From: the human T2T-CHM13v2.0 reference genome, Homo sapiens
Length of the DNA stretch: 64,000 bases
NCBI RefSeq assembly: GCF_009914755.1
Contig: NC_060931.1
Strand: one strand, 5' to 3'
This document shows, one piece after another, positions 32,423 to 46,584 of the stretch; within the stretch, counting starts at the first letter, position 1, and every line of letters begins with the position of its first letter. Made by a program: the position numbers and the translations under genes. The notes under the pieces were generated by a model. The model had not been told where the DNA came from. It searched no databases and worked only from the letters and a program-made list of their open reading frames with translations.

Positions 32423-32724
32423 TTTTTTTTTTTTTTTTTTTTTTGACAGAGTCTTATACTGTCACCCAGGCTGGAGTGCAGTGGCACAATCACATCTCAT
32501 GGCAACCTGGACCTCCCTGGGCTCAGGTGATCCTTTCACCTCGATCTCCCCAGTAGCTGGGATTACAGGTGTGCACCACCACGTCCAGTAATTTTTGTAT
32601 TTTTGGTAGAGACAGGGTTTCGCCGTGCTGCCTAAGGCTAGTCTCAAACTTCTGGGCTCAAGCGATCCTGCCACCTTGGCTTCCCAAAGTGTTGGGATTA
32701 CAGGCATGAGCCACCACGCCCCGC
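32423..32724 (-). mobile_element. AluJb-like
   Basis: Poly-T preceded by (CT)n; antisense dimeric Alu with CTGGGCTCAAGCGATCC. Confidence 0.9.
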
Positions 32725-32852
32725 AAAAATATCTTTAAAATTTATATAATAAAATAAATCTCTCTCTTCTAAGATCTGTTGAAGTAAAATCCATATACTA
32801 AATACACTCATATGTACAATTTTCTTATACCTGAATTAGAAAGAACAACAAT

Positions 32853-33113
32853 ATTGGTCCAAGGATACAAATTTCAGTTAGAAAGGAGTAAGTTCAAGAG
32901 ACTTATTGTACAACATGGTGACTATAGTTATTGACAATGTATTGCTGAAACATGCTAAAAGAGTAGATTATAAATCTCACCACAAAAACCATACTTTATG
33001 ATGTAATATGTATGTTAATTAGCTACAGTTAGCCATTCTACTATATATATTTCAAAACATCATACATGATAAATACATACAGTTTTATCTATCAGTTATA
33101 ATAATAATAATAA
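32853..33113 (+). mobile_element. L1MA (MA6/7-like) 3' end
   Basis: GGATACAAATTTCAGTTAG...AAGTTCAAGAGAC...CATGGTGACTATAGTT; (TAA)n tail. Confidence 0.8.
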
Positions 33114-34479
33114 TAGTCCCTTGCATTTATAAAAAGAGCTGCAGTTCAATACATAAATTATTCATAAACATACACTTCATAATTTGTTTTTAATAATAAG
33201 AAAAGGAATACAAATAAAATTTACTGAAGCATTTTTATTATAACAAACCAAATCACCTCACAGATATCTGAGTGATATTACTTTAACAAACAATTCAAGA
33301 GTGACAAAAGCAAAAAAAAATTGTATTTTGATTTATCAAATCCAAACTGTAGAGTTCATCTTAAATTTTACTTAGGATTTAGAGAAAATGTAAAAAGCAT
33401 TCACTTGTGTCTATTAGATCCAAATACCCTAAACTCACTGGCTTAATTTATCAGCTTGAATGGCTCTTTGTCAACCTTAGTGTTCTGCGTTGGAGAAAAT
33501 GTGCCAATCATCACAGATGTCTTTACAATGAATATGAGTTCACCACTTTTAGTGATTAGATTTTAGAGAGTAACATCCAAAACAGTGAGCATCTTTTGAA
33601 AGGATATGGCAAAGTTAAAGTACTGGGGACTGCTCTAAAACAAATTAGACTTCCAGGTCACCAAGAGATCAGTACATAAAATAATGATAAATTGCATATA
33701 ATTTGCTGGATGGTGCCTATGTCACTATGCTACTCACGAGAAAAAGGAATAAATAAGAGACACACAGTTATTGATGTATTTATTATTTGTTATGTGCAGC
33801 AACATTTTGCCCCACAGAAATTCTGTGGTGGATGCCTTTCTGAAACTTGGAATATCAAAGATTTATAGTATTCTCACTGGCAAGAGAACATATAAGATTA
33901 ATCAGCTCCTTAATCATACATTTTGCCTGACCTCATGCATTTTTTTCTTAAACTTCGCAACCATTATAAACCACATTTTAAATGTCTTTGAACATCAAAC
34001 ATGTTCCATGATTGGTTTTGTCCATATTGATTTTAAAGCCAGTCACAGTAGTACATAAGGGGTTGTATGTCAGGGGTCAAAAGAAGAGACACAAATTAAT
34101 AAAGCATTCACTCTGTCCTCAGAGAGCTCCTCCTCTGACAGGAGAGGCAGTGCTTGATTAATTATCACAATGTAATAGAGACACTTGCAAAGTATTATAA
34201 AATCTCTTTGTCCAGAAAGTCATTTCTAGTCCAGAAGAAAATAAATTGCTTTTAAATAAATCTTCTGGGATAGTCAGTGCACATCTAACTAATCAACAGG
34301 GGAAAAAACTTTATACAGACACTTCATTATATTACTCCCAATATCTCAAACCAAATAAACCTTCTTCCTTCAACCAGGCCATTCTCCACAATGCCATTAA
34401 TCACACCTTGCTCATCTCTCCATCTTTTCCAGGGGGAGGCTCTGCTCTTCACTTTCAGCTAAGTTATTGAAGGATTACT

Positions 34480-34875
34480 TTGGCGTAGGTAGTTTTCTAA
34501 GAGCTTTGCCTGCATCAACTGATTTCATCCTCACTGTGGCTCTCAAAAGTAACTACTTATTATTTATTTTTAGAGATGGTGTTATGTTTTGTTGCCCAGG
34601 GTGGAGCACAGTGGCTAATCACAGTACTATCGTGGCATACTATGGCCTTGAACTCCTCGGCTCAAGGGATCCTCCTGCCTTGGCCTCCCAAGAGGCTGGG
34701 ACTATAGGCACATGCCTGCATGCTAGGCAAAAAAAAGGAATTACTCTTTAACCTCTTTGACAGATGAGGAAGTGAGTGCAAGTGCAAAGATCTTAAGTAA
34801 TTCATCACACAATGAACAAACTTTCAAAATGGAGCAATCTACTATCTTCAGAGCTCATGCTCTTAACGATTATGC
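34480..34875 (-). mobile_element. MIR interrupted by a FAM
   Basis: ATCCTCAC...TTTGACAGATGAGGAAGTGAG...CTCATGCTCTTAAC. Confidence 0.65.
34558..34728 (-). mobile_element. FAM (fossil Alu monomer)
   Basis: Monomer containing the FAM-specific AGTGGCTAATCACAG segment; TSD-like AAAAGTAACTACT / AAAAGGAATTACT. Confidence 0.8.
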
Positions 34876-36007
34876 AGGATTTACACACTCATTCTCATTC
34901 TTTCAAGCTAAACAGCTGTGATGGCTGCTACAAAGTAAATCTAGTGCCTATTGCTTCTGTCACTCACTTTGTATTTCTGTACGTGGTTACAACTGCATGC
35001 TTTACGTCTTTGGAAAGATCACCAGATAGGGACCACAGACCAAACTTTGAATCTCTTTCAGTGCCTAGAGATGAAAGGATGCACTCAATGAATGTTATAA
35101 ATAACAACAAATAACAATACTTTATCTTAATCATGATTAAACTTCTGTCCCTTAGAGTAAAAATAGTAGGATAGTAAATTCCTAAAGAAGTTTCTGCAAT
35201 GTTGTAGGAATACAGTTCTTAACATATATTTTTTCACTGTTCAAAAATTTTAAGCTGAATGGCACCTTATAGATCTTAGAGGCAATCAGCCACAAATCAC
35301 ACAGAACTCTCTCTGTTTGTTATATCAAGATTGACTTTATTCTGTAAAATAATTTCTTATGCATCATCTGGATATGCTACATTGAGGAGGCATACCTATT
35401 ATAATTAATAATGAAGGCTTTTTGAGCCAAAGTATGAAGAAATAACTTGTTGATGCATTTAAAACAAAACTTTAGACCCCCACTTCATGTTTTATGTACA
35501 CAATCCGTAAGTGGTAGTGTCCTTCTTAGGTGATATTTAGTACCAAATAATCAAGATAACAATCTATGTGTATAAGTTATAAGTTATAAATTTGGGGAAG
35601 ATGCTAAGAATTTTTTGTTCCAGTAATATTTTTCATTACCAAATTGTTACTTGATTTTTGTTTTATCAATTTTGAATGTTCAACACTGCTGAAAACCGAA
35701 AAAGTACTTCAATATTTATTATTTGTTTGATGTGTGCTATATACCAGATTGTATTTACCCTGTTTAACACAAAATCGTGGTAAGATAATCCTTAAAATAT
35801 CTTTATTTTTTGTAGTTTAAAGAATTTCAGAGCTGCAGGGCACTTTATAGGAAAATTGTTTTCTTGACTATGTTGGTCAAATTAAAATTGGTGAGAATCC
35901 AATGTGTTTGATTTCAATGTGTTTGATTATTAACAAGATATTGTACCGACAATACAAATGTATTTAAACATGAAATACATTTTCAATTATTTGCAAGTGC
36001 AGTACAA

Positions 36008-36331
<324 letters not shown>

Positions 36332-36458
36332 CTACATTTATGACCTAAGAACTTTATCTTCAATAATAAGTAGGTTAGAGCTATAAGAAGATAGGAATCT
36401 GCCTATTATCAAAGAATTTAATGTTTCTGTCCAATATCACACATTAATTCAACAAATA

Positions 36459-36817
36459 CAGGTTGAGCATTCCTAATCTGAAAATCCAAATTCCAAAATA
36501 CTCAAAAATCCAAAAATTTATGAACATTGACATGATGCCCCAATGGAAAACTCCATACCTGACCTCATGTGATGGGTTGCAGTCAAAACACTGTCAAAAC
36601 TTTATTTCACGCACGAAAGTATTTAAATTATTGTAAACAATTACCTTCAGGCTATGCATATAAGATGTATATGAAACGTAAGTGAATCTCATGTTTAGAC
36701 TTGGGTCTCATCCCCAAGATATCTCATTATGTATTTCTAAATATTCCAAAATATGAAAAAGTCTAACATTTGAAACACTCTGGTCCCAAGCATTTCCGAT
36801 AAGAAATACTCAGCTGG
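36459..36817 (+). mobile_element. Tigger4b (MER46/Zombi) MITE inside an antisense L2 3' end
   Basis: CAGGTTGAGCATTCCTAATCTGAAAAT ... ATTTCCGATAAGAAATACTCAGCTGG TIRs; TA on both sides. Confidence 0.85.
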
Positions 36818-37599
36818 TACTAACTGAATGGGGGTGTTCACTATACTAGGCCTTACTAGAGGTCCAAACATGGATAAGATACAGCCCTTCTCCTCAAATT
36901 GCTTATATTCTACACTGGAAAACAAACAATAAACAGGCAGAAGTGAAACAACAATGAGAGAATTAAACAACTCAAGAGAACAGCCATGAGCATTCAAGAG
37001 TGTTTACATGCTATAACTCAAAATATGGTCATGTTTCAGTATAGAACAGTCAAAATCATAGAGGTTAATCAACAACCAAATGGAGCCCAAGAACCTGGAT
37101 TGAATGGGAAGACTTGATTCCCAATAGCTATTAGACTCTCTCACTTCTTACATTCACTTCTTCATTCGTTGTGGTTCAAATTTATTGTCCCTTGACATCC
37201 CTCCGACACACCAGGGTTTCCCCTGGGCTACAACCTTGGCATACCCCTGTTTCAGCTGGAAAGACCTTGCCTCACAAATTGCTTGAATCAGTTTTGCTGC
37301 AATTACAAAGGATACCAAAATATCTGCTTACATTTAATTGGTCAAAGCAAATCACATAGTTCAAGCCTAAGGTTAGTGGATGGGACGTCAAATCCTCTTC
37401 CTCAAAGGACAGGCCTCATGTGAGGGCTTTTTGCCATTTCCTTCAAGTTGCTCAAATGCCATCTTCTCAGTCACCTCCCTCTGACCCCTTTATGTAATGT
37501 TTCTACCCATCTCCCCACACACAAGCATGCAAACTACATTCATATTCCTCTATTCCCCTCCATTGCTTTATTCCTACCCTTAGCCTCACATTGTCTAGA

Positions 37600-38213
37600 T
37601 ATTGGGTCAATGAAACAAAGAGCATTTTCCAAGGTAAAGCTAAAATGTTTACACAAAATACAATTTAAAGATCTCTAAATCTTACTACATTAACATCACT
37701 TACCATCACTTAAGAACCCAAATCATCAATACCTGCACCATTTATTGTCTAAATTATGATTTTCTATTCCCCTATCTTAATCAACATGACTTTAGTCTTC
37801 TGGGAAACTCTTACCCCAAAAGATAAAAGTTGCAAGTAACTTTGTTGTTCATTTCAGAAACTTCATGAAATTCCACTTCAATCAACCACTGACTACTTAA
37901 CTTGCAAATATAGTATCAAATGACTGTGTATTCCATAAACACCCCTAACAAATTCTCTCCTAGTAGTATTTATCAATCTTCAATTATTATATCACTAGTG
38001 TTATCCCATCCTTAAAAAACCCCTGCTTTAAAATACCTGTCTGTAAACCAGATTCCCAAACCTTTCTTTATCTCTAAATATTTCTACTTTGCCCTTCCTT
38101 CTCTTAGATGTTAAGACTCTGTTGAGGTAGTAAATTTCCTATACCACAGGCAGGAATAAACTCAGTTTTGTTTTATTTAAGGTTATTTTGGTGACATTTT
38201 AGAGGACCTAGCA
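37600..38213 (+). mobile_element. Old ERV1 solo LTR (MER90/MER110-like)
   Basis: 3' end AAGACTCTGTTGAGGTAG...AATAAACTCAGTTTTG...TTTTGGTGACATTT; 5' boundary uncertain. Confidence 0.5.
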
Positions 38214-39121
38214 TTCAATCTATTTTCTGTGAGCCAGAGAGACATGTGAGACACTAGACTCAAAGTTCAGGACAAACCATAATCCTAATTCACTTCTTTG
38301 AATTTATGCTTAAAATATACATAACTAAAAAGGCTAGAAAGCATTTTGCTAATTCTACTTGCCTGTGCACTCATCTCCATTGAGTACACATGGAAAGCCA
38401 AAGAAATATTTTTGAGCTAATAAGGACTAACAGTTTTATCATTTACTTATCAACATTTTAAAATTACAATGAGAAAAAAAGTAACAAAATATAACAAGGG
38501 GATTCTTTCTGTCACTTTTTTGGCTGAAGCAAAGAATAGATGGAAAGTATCACCACATTACAAAGTGAGTTGCTAGACCCGGGTAGGATACGTAAAGGAT
38601 ATGACTGACCTCACTGTGAGTTATGTGACATGCATAACTTACACACAACAAAGTTTTGGGCAAAGCACACAGTGCGGTGCTAGAAAATACATACACTGTT
38701 TTATGAAGTTAGCATATTAATAACCTACAGTGAACTTTCAAATACTTTTATAAGCTAAAATGTCATCACACTAACATGCTAGTATGTTTTATAAGGTTTG
38801 AGAGGTGCCTTTTCAAAAATTAAATATTAGCCTATTTTTCCCTATGGTTACCAAGTCATAAATTTCTGTGATTCCTGTCTGCCATTGATGTAGCATTTTA
38901 ATGGAGTTCCCAAATGTTGTTGTGCTTGGCTTATATATCATCATATCTTGGTCATTTCCAAGCTTGTTTAGAAGTAGACAACCATGTGATTTGGCTGGCA
39001 CTTACATTTTATGTAAAATATACTCATTGACATAAAAACAACAATAATAACCACAACAAAACAACCATATAGCTTGTATATGTCAATCCCCTATGAATCT
39101 GCCTCTGTAACACCTAATTAT

Positions 39122-39362
39122 TAATAAGGTTTACAGAGGACCTTCTACGGTAAGGCACTGCACTAAATGCTTCACGTTTATTTTATCATGTAATCTTCAA
39201 CCCTCACAAGAGCCCTCTGAGGTAGGCACTATAATTAATCCTATTTCACCGGTATGAAAGCCAACAGTTACTCTTAGTTGCCTAGAGGTAAATAGAAATA
39301 GCAGTGATGGAGTCTGGATTCACATCCTGGTTCCCCAGCTGACACCAGGACCAGAGCTAATA
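39122..39362 (-). mobile_element. MIR (MIRb-like)
   Basis: AGGCACTGCACTAAATGCTT...CCTCACAA...TGAGGTAGG...GGATTCACATCC. Confidence 0.75.
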
Positions 39363-39892
39363 ACTAAAAGAATCTCTGTATACATTGTTAAAATACAGAG
39401 CCTTCAAGTTAACAAGTTTTTACAAAGTCCTGTTAAAATTCAAATAAAATAACTCCCCCATCACCAAACGCAAATTCTCCTTAAGGAAAATTCTATATGT
39501 GTTATCACTTCAATATATTTATCCTGCAATCATGAGACTTTTGGGTGGAATATAAATACTTGACCCTTGGAATAGTGATTTAAGGTCTCTGAGGTACAAA
39601 ATGACAAATATATTGAACTCTTGAATGGACTGCCCAAGAAAAATATATGCTGCTTTCTTTTTCATTGACACCCTGAGGCTATACTAAAGACTTATTATAT
39701 CTGAATAACAAATAAAAATTAATTGTATAGTAGCCATATGAGATGTAGGAAATTACATTGATATTTTGTGTTTAGAGATTTAATCATTTCGTTTAGAAAA
39801 AAATACTGAAAAAGCAACATTAACAAAAACCACATGTGAGAGTATTTTTAGTATGGAGACCCTGATCCCCAATCTCAAACAAAATTTTACTT

Positions 39893-40141
39893 TAAGGTCT
39901 ATGGCAGAAATGTAATGAGAGTCATATATGTGATTTAAAATTTTCAAGAAGCCACCACATTTTTTTAAAGTAGAAAGAAAAGTAGAAAATATCGAGAACA
40001 TCCTTTGTATTCTTTTTTCATACTTAGTCTGGAAAATCCAGTGTGCATTTTATACCTACAGAACATCTCAGTGCACACTACCCACATCTCAAATGCTCAT
40101 TAGCCACATGTGGTTTGTGGCTGCTGTTTTAGATAGTGCAG
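39893..40141. mobile_element. MER33 hAT-Charlie MITE
   Basis: GAAATGTAATGAGAGTCATATATGTGATTTAAAATTTTC...AATGCTCATTAGCCACATGTGG...GATAGTGCAG. Confidence 0.8.
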
Positions 40142-40553
40142 ATCTATATTCTATGAATCTCCTAACACAGATTTTTTTTGAGAAACAAAATGCTTTTGGT
40201 TATAGACGAACTATTATATGCTATCTGAGATTGTCAGTTTAATTCAGTCAACAATTAACTCAAAATGTAGGTGTTTTTTGGTAGGAAATTAGTTCCTGTG
40301 TGAGGATTCCAGACACTAGGACAAAGTCAGGTAAATTTTATTTTACTGCTCACTTCCTTTTTAGAGACCAATATTTGTTATTATCTGATTATTAAGCAGG
40401 CATATAACTAATTATATTGCCTAATAAGCATAAGCTTACTACACATGTAAATTTTACAACCCCTATATTAATCTCCCAACATCTCTCTGGGATAAGTATT
40501 TTACTATTTTATTTATATGAAAAAATATTTAAGAGCTAAAAGAGATTAGTTAC

Positions 40554-41008
40554 TATTTTAGTCTGTTTTCTGTTGCTATAAAGGAATTCCTGAGAGTGGG
40601 TGATTTATAAAGACAAAAAGTGTATTTGACTCATGATTCTAATGTCAGGAAAGGTTCAGACATCAGAACCTGGTTGAGGATCTAGTGAGGGCTTCAGGCT
40701 GCTTCATGGTGGAAGATGAAGGGGAGCCGGAGTGTACAGAGGTCACATGGCAAGAGAGGAAACGAGAGAGACACAGAGAGAGAGAGAGAGAGAGAGCGCA
40801 CGAGCACACGCCAGCCTCTTTTTAACAACCAGTTCTCAAAAGAACTAATAGAGTGAGAAGTTGCTGGCCCTCTAGGGAGGACATTAGTCCATGAGGAATT
40901 TACCCCCATGACCCCACCACCTCCCACTAGGCTCCACCTCCAACATTGGGGATCAAATGTCAATATGAGGTTTAGAGCAGACAAATAATAATAATCCAGA
41001 CCATAGCA
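40554..41008 (-). mobile_element. MaLR LTR (MSTB/MSTC-like), inserted in a MIR
   Basis: TTAGTCTGTTTTCTGTTGCTATAAAGGAAT...CCCACTAGGCTCCACCTCCAACATTGGGGAT...CCATAGCA; contains (GA)n. Confidence 0.85.
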
Positions 41009-41057
41009 ATTATTTACCTGAATTTCCACAACTAAACATAAAACTCATGCTCTGAAC

Positions 41058-41246
41058 CAGTGGTTCTCAAAGTTTGGCTCAAGATCAGCAGCACCATCAT
41101 CACCTGAGAACTTGTTAAAAATGCACATTCTCATTCAGACTCCAGACTTACTGAACCAGAGACTTGCGGTGGGCCCTGAGTCCAACAATCAGTTTTAACA
41201 AGCTGTCTAGGTGATGGTAATACACATGAAAGTTTGAGGACGACTG
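41058..41246 (+). mobile_element. MER5A hAT MITE
   Basis: CAGTGGTTCTCAAA ... TTTGAGGACGACTG TIRs; 8-bp TSD CTCTGAAC / CTCTGTAC. Confidence 0.88.
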
Positions 41247-42138
41247 CTCTGTACTGCTATACTGCACTACCTCTTCCCAGTAAATACCTACTATAGAATA
41301 TACAAAAATATTCAAAAATGATATAAAACCTACCCACCATTACCCAAAGCAAATCATTATTAATATGTGGTGTATTAAATTTTCTTATAGTACTTTTCCT
41401 TTTTTTTGGTGTTGGTTTGTGTGAATGTCCATATTTATATACACATACACATTTTCTTTTTTACATTTGATAGTGTACGTGCTTATATAAATATGCATAT
41501 GTGTATGATCATATGTACCATAACAATACAAAACTATAGTCTTGAATGTTACGTTTTAAAGACAATGCTATATTGCATGCTACAAGTAAGTTTTGAGTTA
41601 GATTTTTTTAAAATTAAAGAAGTTCTCATGGTGGGGTGCTGCCTGGGAGGTGAATTATTGGGCACTGGGTGATGGGGGAAGGCAGGCGCTAAGAAGGACA
41701 TTATTATATGCTGAGAATTTAATTCATCTAAGCTTCCTAAAGTGCTAATCTGATATCTGTTCACAGCTATGTTTCTGCTTTTCCTAACCAATTTTATTCT
41801 AGTTTGATTTTAAACAGTGTTTGTTTTCTATTTTGTGCTGTTTTGTAAGCTGAAAATATTTTGTGGCAATTTTACTTATCAATAATAACTACAGAGAGAA
41901 TTTAACAAAGTGGAAAGTTAAAAATAATGATTTTTTCTGCAAATTTATTTATCTATTAACACCAAAATCTCTAACCCCCTCTCTCACTACTTCATGCAGT
42001 TACAAGGAGATGTATCTCCAGAGCTGGAGGATGGAGTGGCATGAATAAACGTTGTTGGTCACTGGTATTGCAGGAGCCAGGATCCTGACCCCATATGGTG
42101 CACAGTGGAGCATGAGCTTAGTGACTCAAACATCATAT

Positions 42139-42177
42139 CCCTCCCTGCCCACCCCACCCCCACCCCCACCCCCACCC
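42139..42177 (-). repeat. C-rich (CCCCCA)n tract; G-quadruplex potential on the minus strand
   Basis: Eight runs of three or more C separated by 1-2 nt. Confidence 0.7.
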
Positions 42178-42690
42178 TCCTCTCTGATCACTTTGTTCAG
42201 AAAAGTCTTCATATACTAACGGGTGTGACTTTTTGCTCATCTCACACACTGTGGGAGCTAAATTTATCATGAGCTAAAGATACCCTTATTTTTCCAAACC
42301 ATCACAGTGTCATTTGTTCCCAAATTACTTTATAACCAACCCTGATTACCCACAGAAGATTATCTGATTACTGAGCAGTTAAATGAGAGCACTTCTCTGT
42401 TCTCCACAGCTAATTTCCCCACTAAGGGGAGTAGGGGAAGGTCTGGTTTGAAAAGCTAAAATAGGCAACTGCCCAGGTGATGTAATGTGAAATGTCTGGT
42501 AAGAAAAGTCTTTTCTCTGGCTTAACCCATTGCCGTCCATCATTAGAGAAGCCAGCTACATGACATGGCAACATTTTTCTTAATAGTCTTTAAGAACTCC
42601 TTGTAAAATTAAACTGCCCCATACTCGGGAAACTTTTTAAACAGTTGGTCAAGGTGACTATGGTCAGGGCTACTAGAGCATATGGAAAGT

Positions 42691-43229
42691 TGAGACAAAG
42701 CAGGAACCCTTCTTAGGAACCTGACAGACACCCCCCCAAAGCAAGCCAGAGTCAAACAATGCTTTGGTTCCCTAAAGAAACTAAAGGATAACATCTTAAC
42801 ATACGTTCTTGAGTTATTTTTCAGAAACTCCTACCAGATGGAAAATGAGGTCTATCACATAGACTTCAGATAAGGGGGAATGATACAGACTTCAGATAAG
42901 GGGGAACTGAGGACTGAACTTTGATCATCTTTGTTTCGAATTTCTTCCTGAGGACCCTGGAGAGAGTCACAGGTATGGACCAGACCAACCTAACACCTCC
43001 ATGTATCGATTTATGATTTTGCTTGCAATTTCCCCTTTCCCGAAATGTACCCCTGCCTTTAAGAACCCTTGCTTGTCAGCCAATGGGGAGCTCAGGTCTT
43101 AAGTGTTAGCCAACTCTATTCTCCCTGCTTGGCACCATGCATAAATGCCCTTTCTCCTGCTGCAAATCTCTGCATCAGTGTCTGACTTTACTGCACTGGG
43201 TAAGGGGACCCCAGTTTGGTTTGTTAACA
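42691..43229 (+). mobile_element. Solo ERV1 LTR (LTR39-like, subfamily tentative)
   Basis: TG...CA ends (TGAGACAAAGCAGG / GTTAACA); 4-bp TSD AAGT / AAGC; internal direct repeat AGACTTCAGATAAGGGGGAA at 42861 and 42887. Confidence 0.7.
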
Positions 43230-43552
43230 AAGCCTTCAGGCAACTTAGAGACTGGCTCTCTCAGCATGTGTGTCTTAGGAAAAGGGGCCTCTCTGACCCA
43301 GCCTCTTGCCCACTGATGGGGTTTCTTTGTGCAGGACTTAACACTGTAACCAACAGCAAAACCTAAGTGGGCTGACTAGAAAGAGAGGTAGAACAGTGCC
43401 AGCGTGCTGGCTCGGGGTTGCCTTATGTGGTTAGCCATGAAAGTTTATAATAGAACTTGTCTATGTTGCCAATAGTTTACAATGCAGTTTAGTTGCTTAA
43501 GTTGCTGCCATACTCTTTCATCTATACAGAAATCAAAATTGGCTATATCAGG

Positions 43553-44177
43553 TGTAGGGGCAAAGAGAATTTTCCCTCCCCTCCTGAAGGTTCGAGTCTG
43601 TGGAAATAAACTGACAATAGACAGATAGAAGGAGAAAAGACATAGAAAGTTATTAATGTGCGTAAGCATGGGAATCATACAAAATTTGAGACTCAAAGAG
43701 GGGCTGGATGGCTGAAGCTTAAATAACACCCTCTTCATAGGAGAAATGCAGATGGGAAAATAAAGGCAACGTTGAGGAGTAGTAAGCAATTTTTAGGATA
43801 ATTTAATAGGCAGAAAATAATTTGTAAATGATTCTCTTTGGAAATTGAATGGGACTGGAGGGCAGGCAATAGCTTCTGAAAAAGCCTAGGTGTGATGACA
43901 TTCTTCAGTTTTCCTTCCTACAGTATGAGTTTAATCGCCCCTGGTCAATGATATTTCAGGGAGGAGACTGAAGGCCATTGTGCTCCTTCTGGAGAAGCTT
44001 CAGATAAGAGAACTTCAGAGACAGAGGAGTTCTATCCTGTGCTTGGAGGTAGAAGCAGGAGAAGGTTAAAGTTCTCCATTCTGCAGCTGCTTCTAAGGCC
44101 TTTTAATTTTCTTTAGTTCAAAACACTCAGCATGCCAGAATGCCATACTTTTGGGTACTGTTATCTGAACCTCAACA
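43553..44177 (-). mobile_element. Solo ERV1 LTR (MER39/MER34-like)
   Basis: Minus strand begins TGTTGAGGTTCAGATAACAGTACCCAAAAGTATGGC and ends CCCCTACA; TSD CAGG / CTGG. Confidence 0.8.
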
Positions 44178-45552
44178 CTGGAAATGTCTTGTATGAAAAT
44201 AAAACAAAGCAAAATAATACTGACAACTCAGATTTATACAGTGACCATCATCACAAATATAATCTAATAAACAGAACTTATATAGTTTAATATATTTTTA
44301 TTGTAAAGGGCCAAAGGCATTGACGATGTATTAAGAATCTTCATGCTTTTTCTTAGCTGCTATTTATAAATATGTAGCTTTCCTAGCGTTGGAAACGCTA
44401 ACCTTTAACATGGTTCAAAGTAAGCTAGCCTTCAAAACCATATTACTCATAACAATTGTCCCAGCATCACAGAGAATGTGACATTAAATGATTTTTAATT
44501 TGGGATTTTTTAAAGTTTTAAATAGAAACCGCAGACTGAAGTATACTAGAGATATTTTAGCTTCTTTTGGATTATCTCTATGTTTCCCTTTAATTTCAGT
44601 GGATCAGCTTAGTATTTGTGGCCTTTTTGGGTCTCTGAAGTTCTGTATGGCAAGTGCCTGAGTTTAGATCTGACAGAAGATTTCAACTGTCAACAACACC
44701 AGAAAGAAATAACATAACAGCTAATTTCACAGGGGGTCGCTGTGCTGGCCTCTGCCTCAACACCGTGACATGGGGCACAGGATAGATGATGACAGGAGAA
44801 GGTTGTTATTAGCCCTATTAGCTCCCAGAGAGTTTCAACCACACATCAAATAATGCCTTGTTTAAAAAGCACTTAAACACGTTTCACATTGTTTTCAAAA
44901 TGCTCTTCCCCACGTCATTCCCACAATCACGGGAAATGGTGGAGTTGATGAAAGAGGGAAGGAAAAGTAAATTTCAATACGCTTTTATTGGAAGTCAAAT
45001 CCCCAGCTGGAATCTGAATTTACAATACAAGAAAGCAGAAGGTAAATATACTGAAGTGAGGCATTGTTAGCAGTTCTCTCCGCTTTTTGAGAACAGCTTA
45101 ATTGAAGTCCTACCAAGATAGAAATGATCACTTAGCAAACCACATTTTAAAGGCATTTAATGGAGCAACTCAATCCCTAGTGGAACTAACTTTTTAAAAT
45201 AAAAGAGCAATAAGTAACAGTTATTGTGGGTGGATAACAAAATTGGAGTCTCATATAGCTGCTTATTTCTATCATTTTGATGAAATATGGGTTGCTCAGA
45301 ATTTCTGGGTAGAAGACTGAAATGCCTGTCTCTTCTGCCAGGCTAAGAATTTCTCAGGTGCAAGGCTCTTTGTTTACTCAGTAAGTGCTCAATGTTTGGA
45401 AAAAATAAAAATAAATAATAAATGAAAAATATACTTCAGGCTTATCACCTTTTCAAAATAAAAATCAATGTGGGTGGAGTACAAAACTGATAATATTTAA
45501 CACCTATACATAAAAATGCCTTTGGTGCTATGTATATTGATTGTAATGTTTA

Positions 45553-46297
45553 TGAAACTGCCTTTGCAAAATTATAACAGCAAGAGAAATGTGACATAGT
45601 TGACCCCATCTTGCTTGTGATCTCCAAGCTGTTTTTGGTTATTCCTGGTTATAGGCCAAGCTAAATTTAGCAGAAATTTAGTTTATAGTTTAACTTAAAA
45701 GCAAGGATGATAATAGCCCTTCTTTAAAAAATAACCCCCTCCTTGCTGAAAACAGCCTTTGTAAGACTAATGAAAGGCCACAAGAATAAGATTATAGGAG
45801 GGGCCTGAACTCTGATAAATTTCTATAGTTTCCATAATCCCTGACTGCTCAGGAGTCATGTGGCCAGAAGTCACAAGTTTTGTGAGTTCCCCAGTTGCTC
45901 CTATAAAAAACATCACTTCTGTAAAACTTAAGACTTTTTTAGAGATTCTTTTTCAGACTTTTTGGCAACCAACTGACCCCACCTGGGCCCATGACGCATG
46001 ACTCAACCTGTCCTGCGGCCCCACCCAGAGAAGGACTCAGCATATGAAAACCATTTTCCACATCTTTATGATTTCATCTTCAACCAGTCAGCAGCACCCA
46101 TTCTCCAGCTCCCTGCCCACCAATTTGTCCATAAAAACCCTAACCTCTGAGCCTTTGGGGAAATTGATTTGAGTAATAACTCTGTCTTTTCTGTGGCATG
46201 GCCAGCCTTGAGTCAAACTCCTTTACTGCAATGCCACAGTCTCAGTGAATTGGTTTTGTCTGCGTAGTGGGCGGGACGAAACTGTTGGGTGATTACA
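45553..46297 (+). mobile_element. Solo LTR8-family LTR
   Basis: TGAAACTGCCTTTGCAAAATTAT ... GTTGGGTGATTACA, complete TG..CA LTR. Confidence 0.88.
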
Positions 46298-46584
46298 TAT
46301 TACCTTGTTTAGATGATCAGTTTCCTAACTGAGAGAAGTCATTCCAGAGAATGGTACTATTGGCTAAGATTGAAGCAATCTGTGATCATCAATTATGATT
46401 ATAACTTTTCTCAATCATTTAACATTTCAGTACTTATTGACTACCCACTTCCTTTTTAGGCAAGATAGGGGATACAAAGAAGAATGAGACAGATCCTTGT
46501 AGAGGAAATTTTCAGAAGAATGACTTCAAGTGTTATACAGGTGACATATGTATACATCTTTATTTGATACTCATCAGTGACACA

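Noticed and set aside
34558-34728. 7SL RNA gene or pseudogene
   Set aside because: Lacks the S domain; the structure matches a FAM monomer
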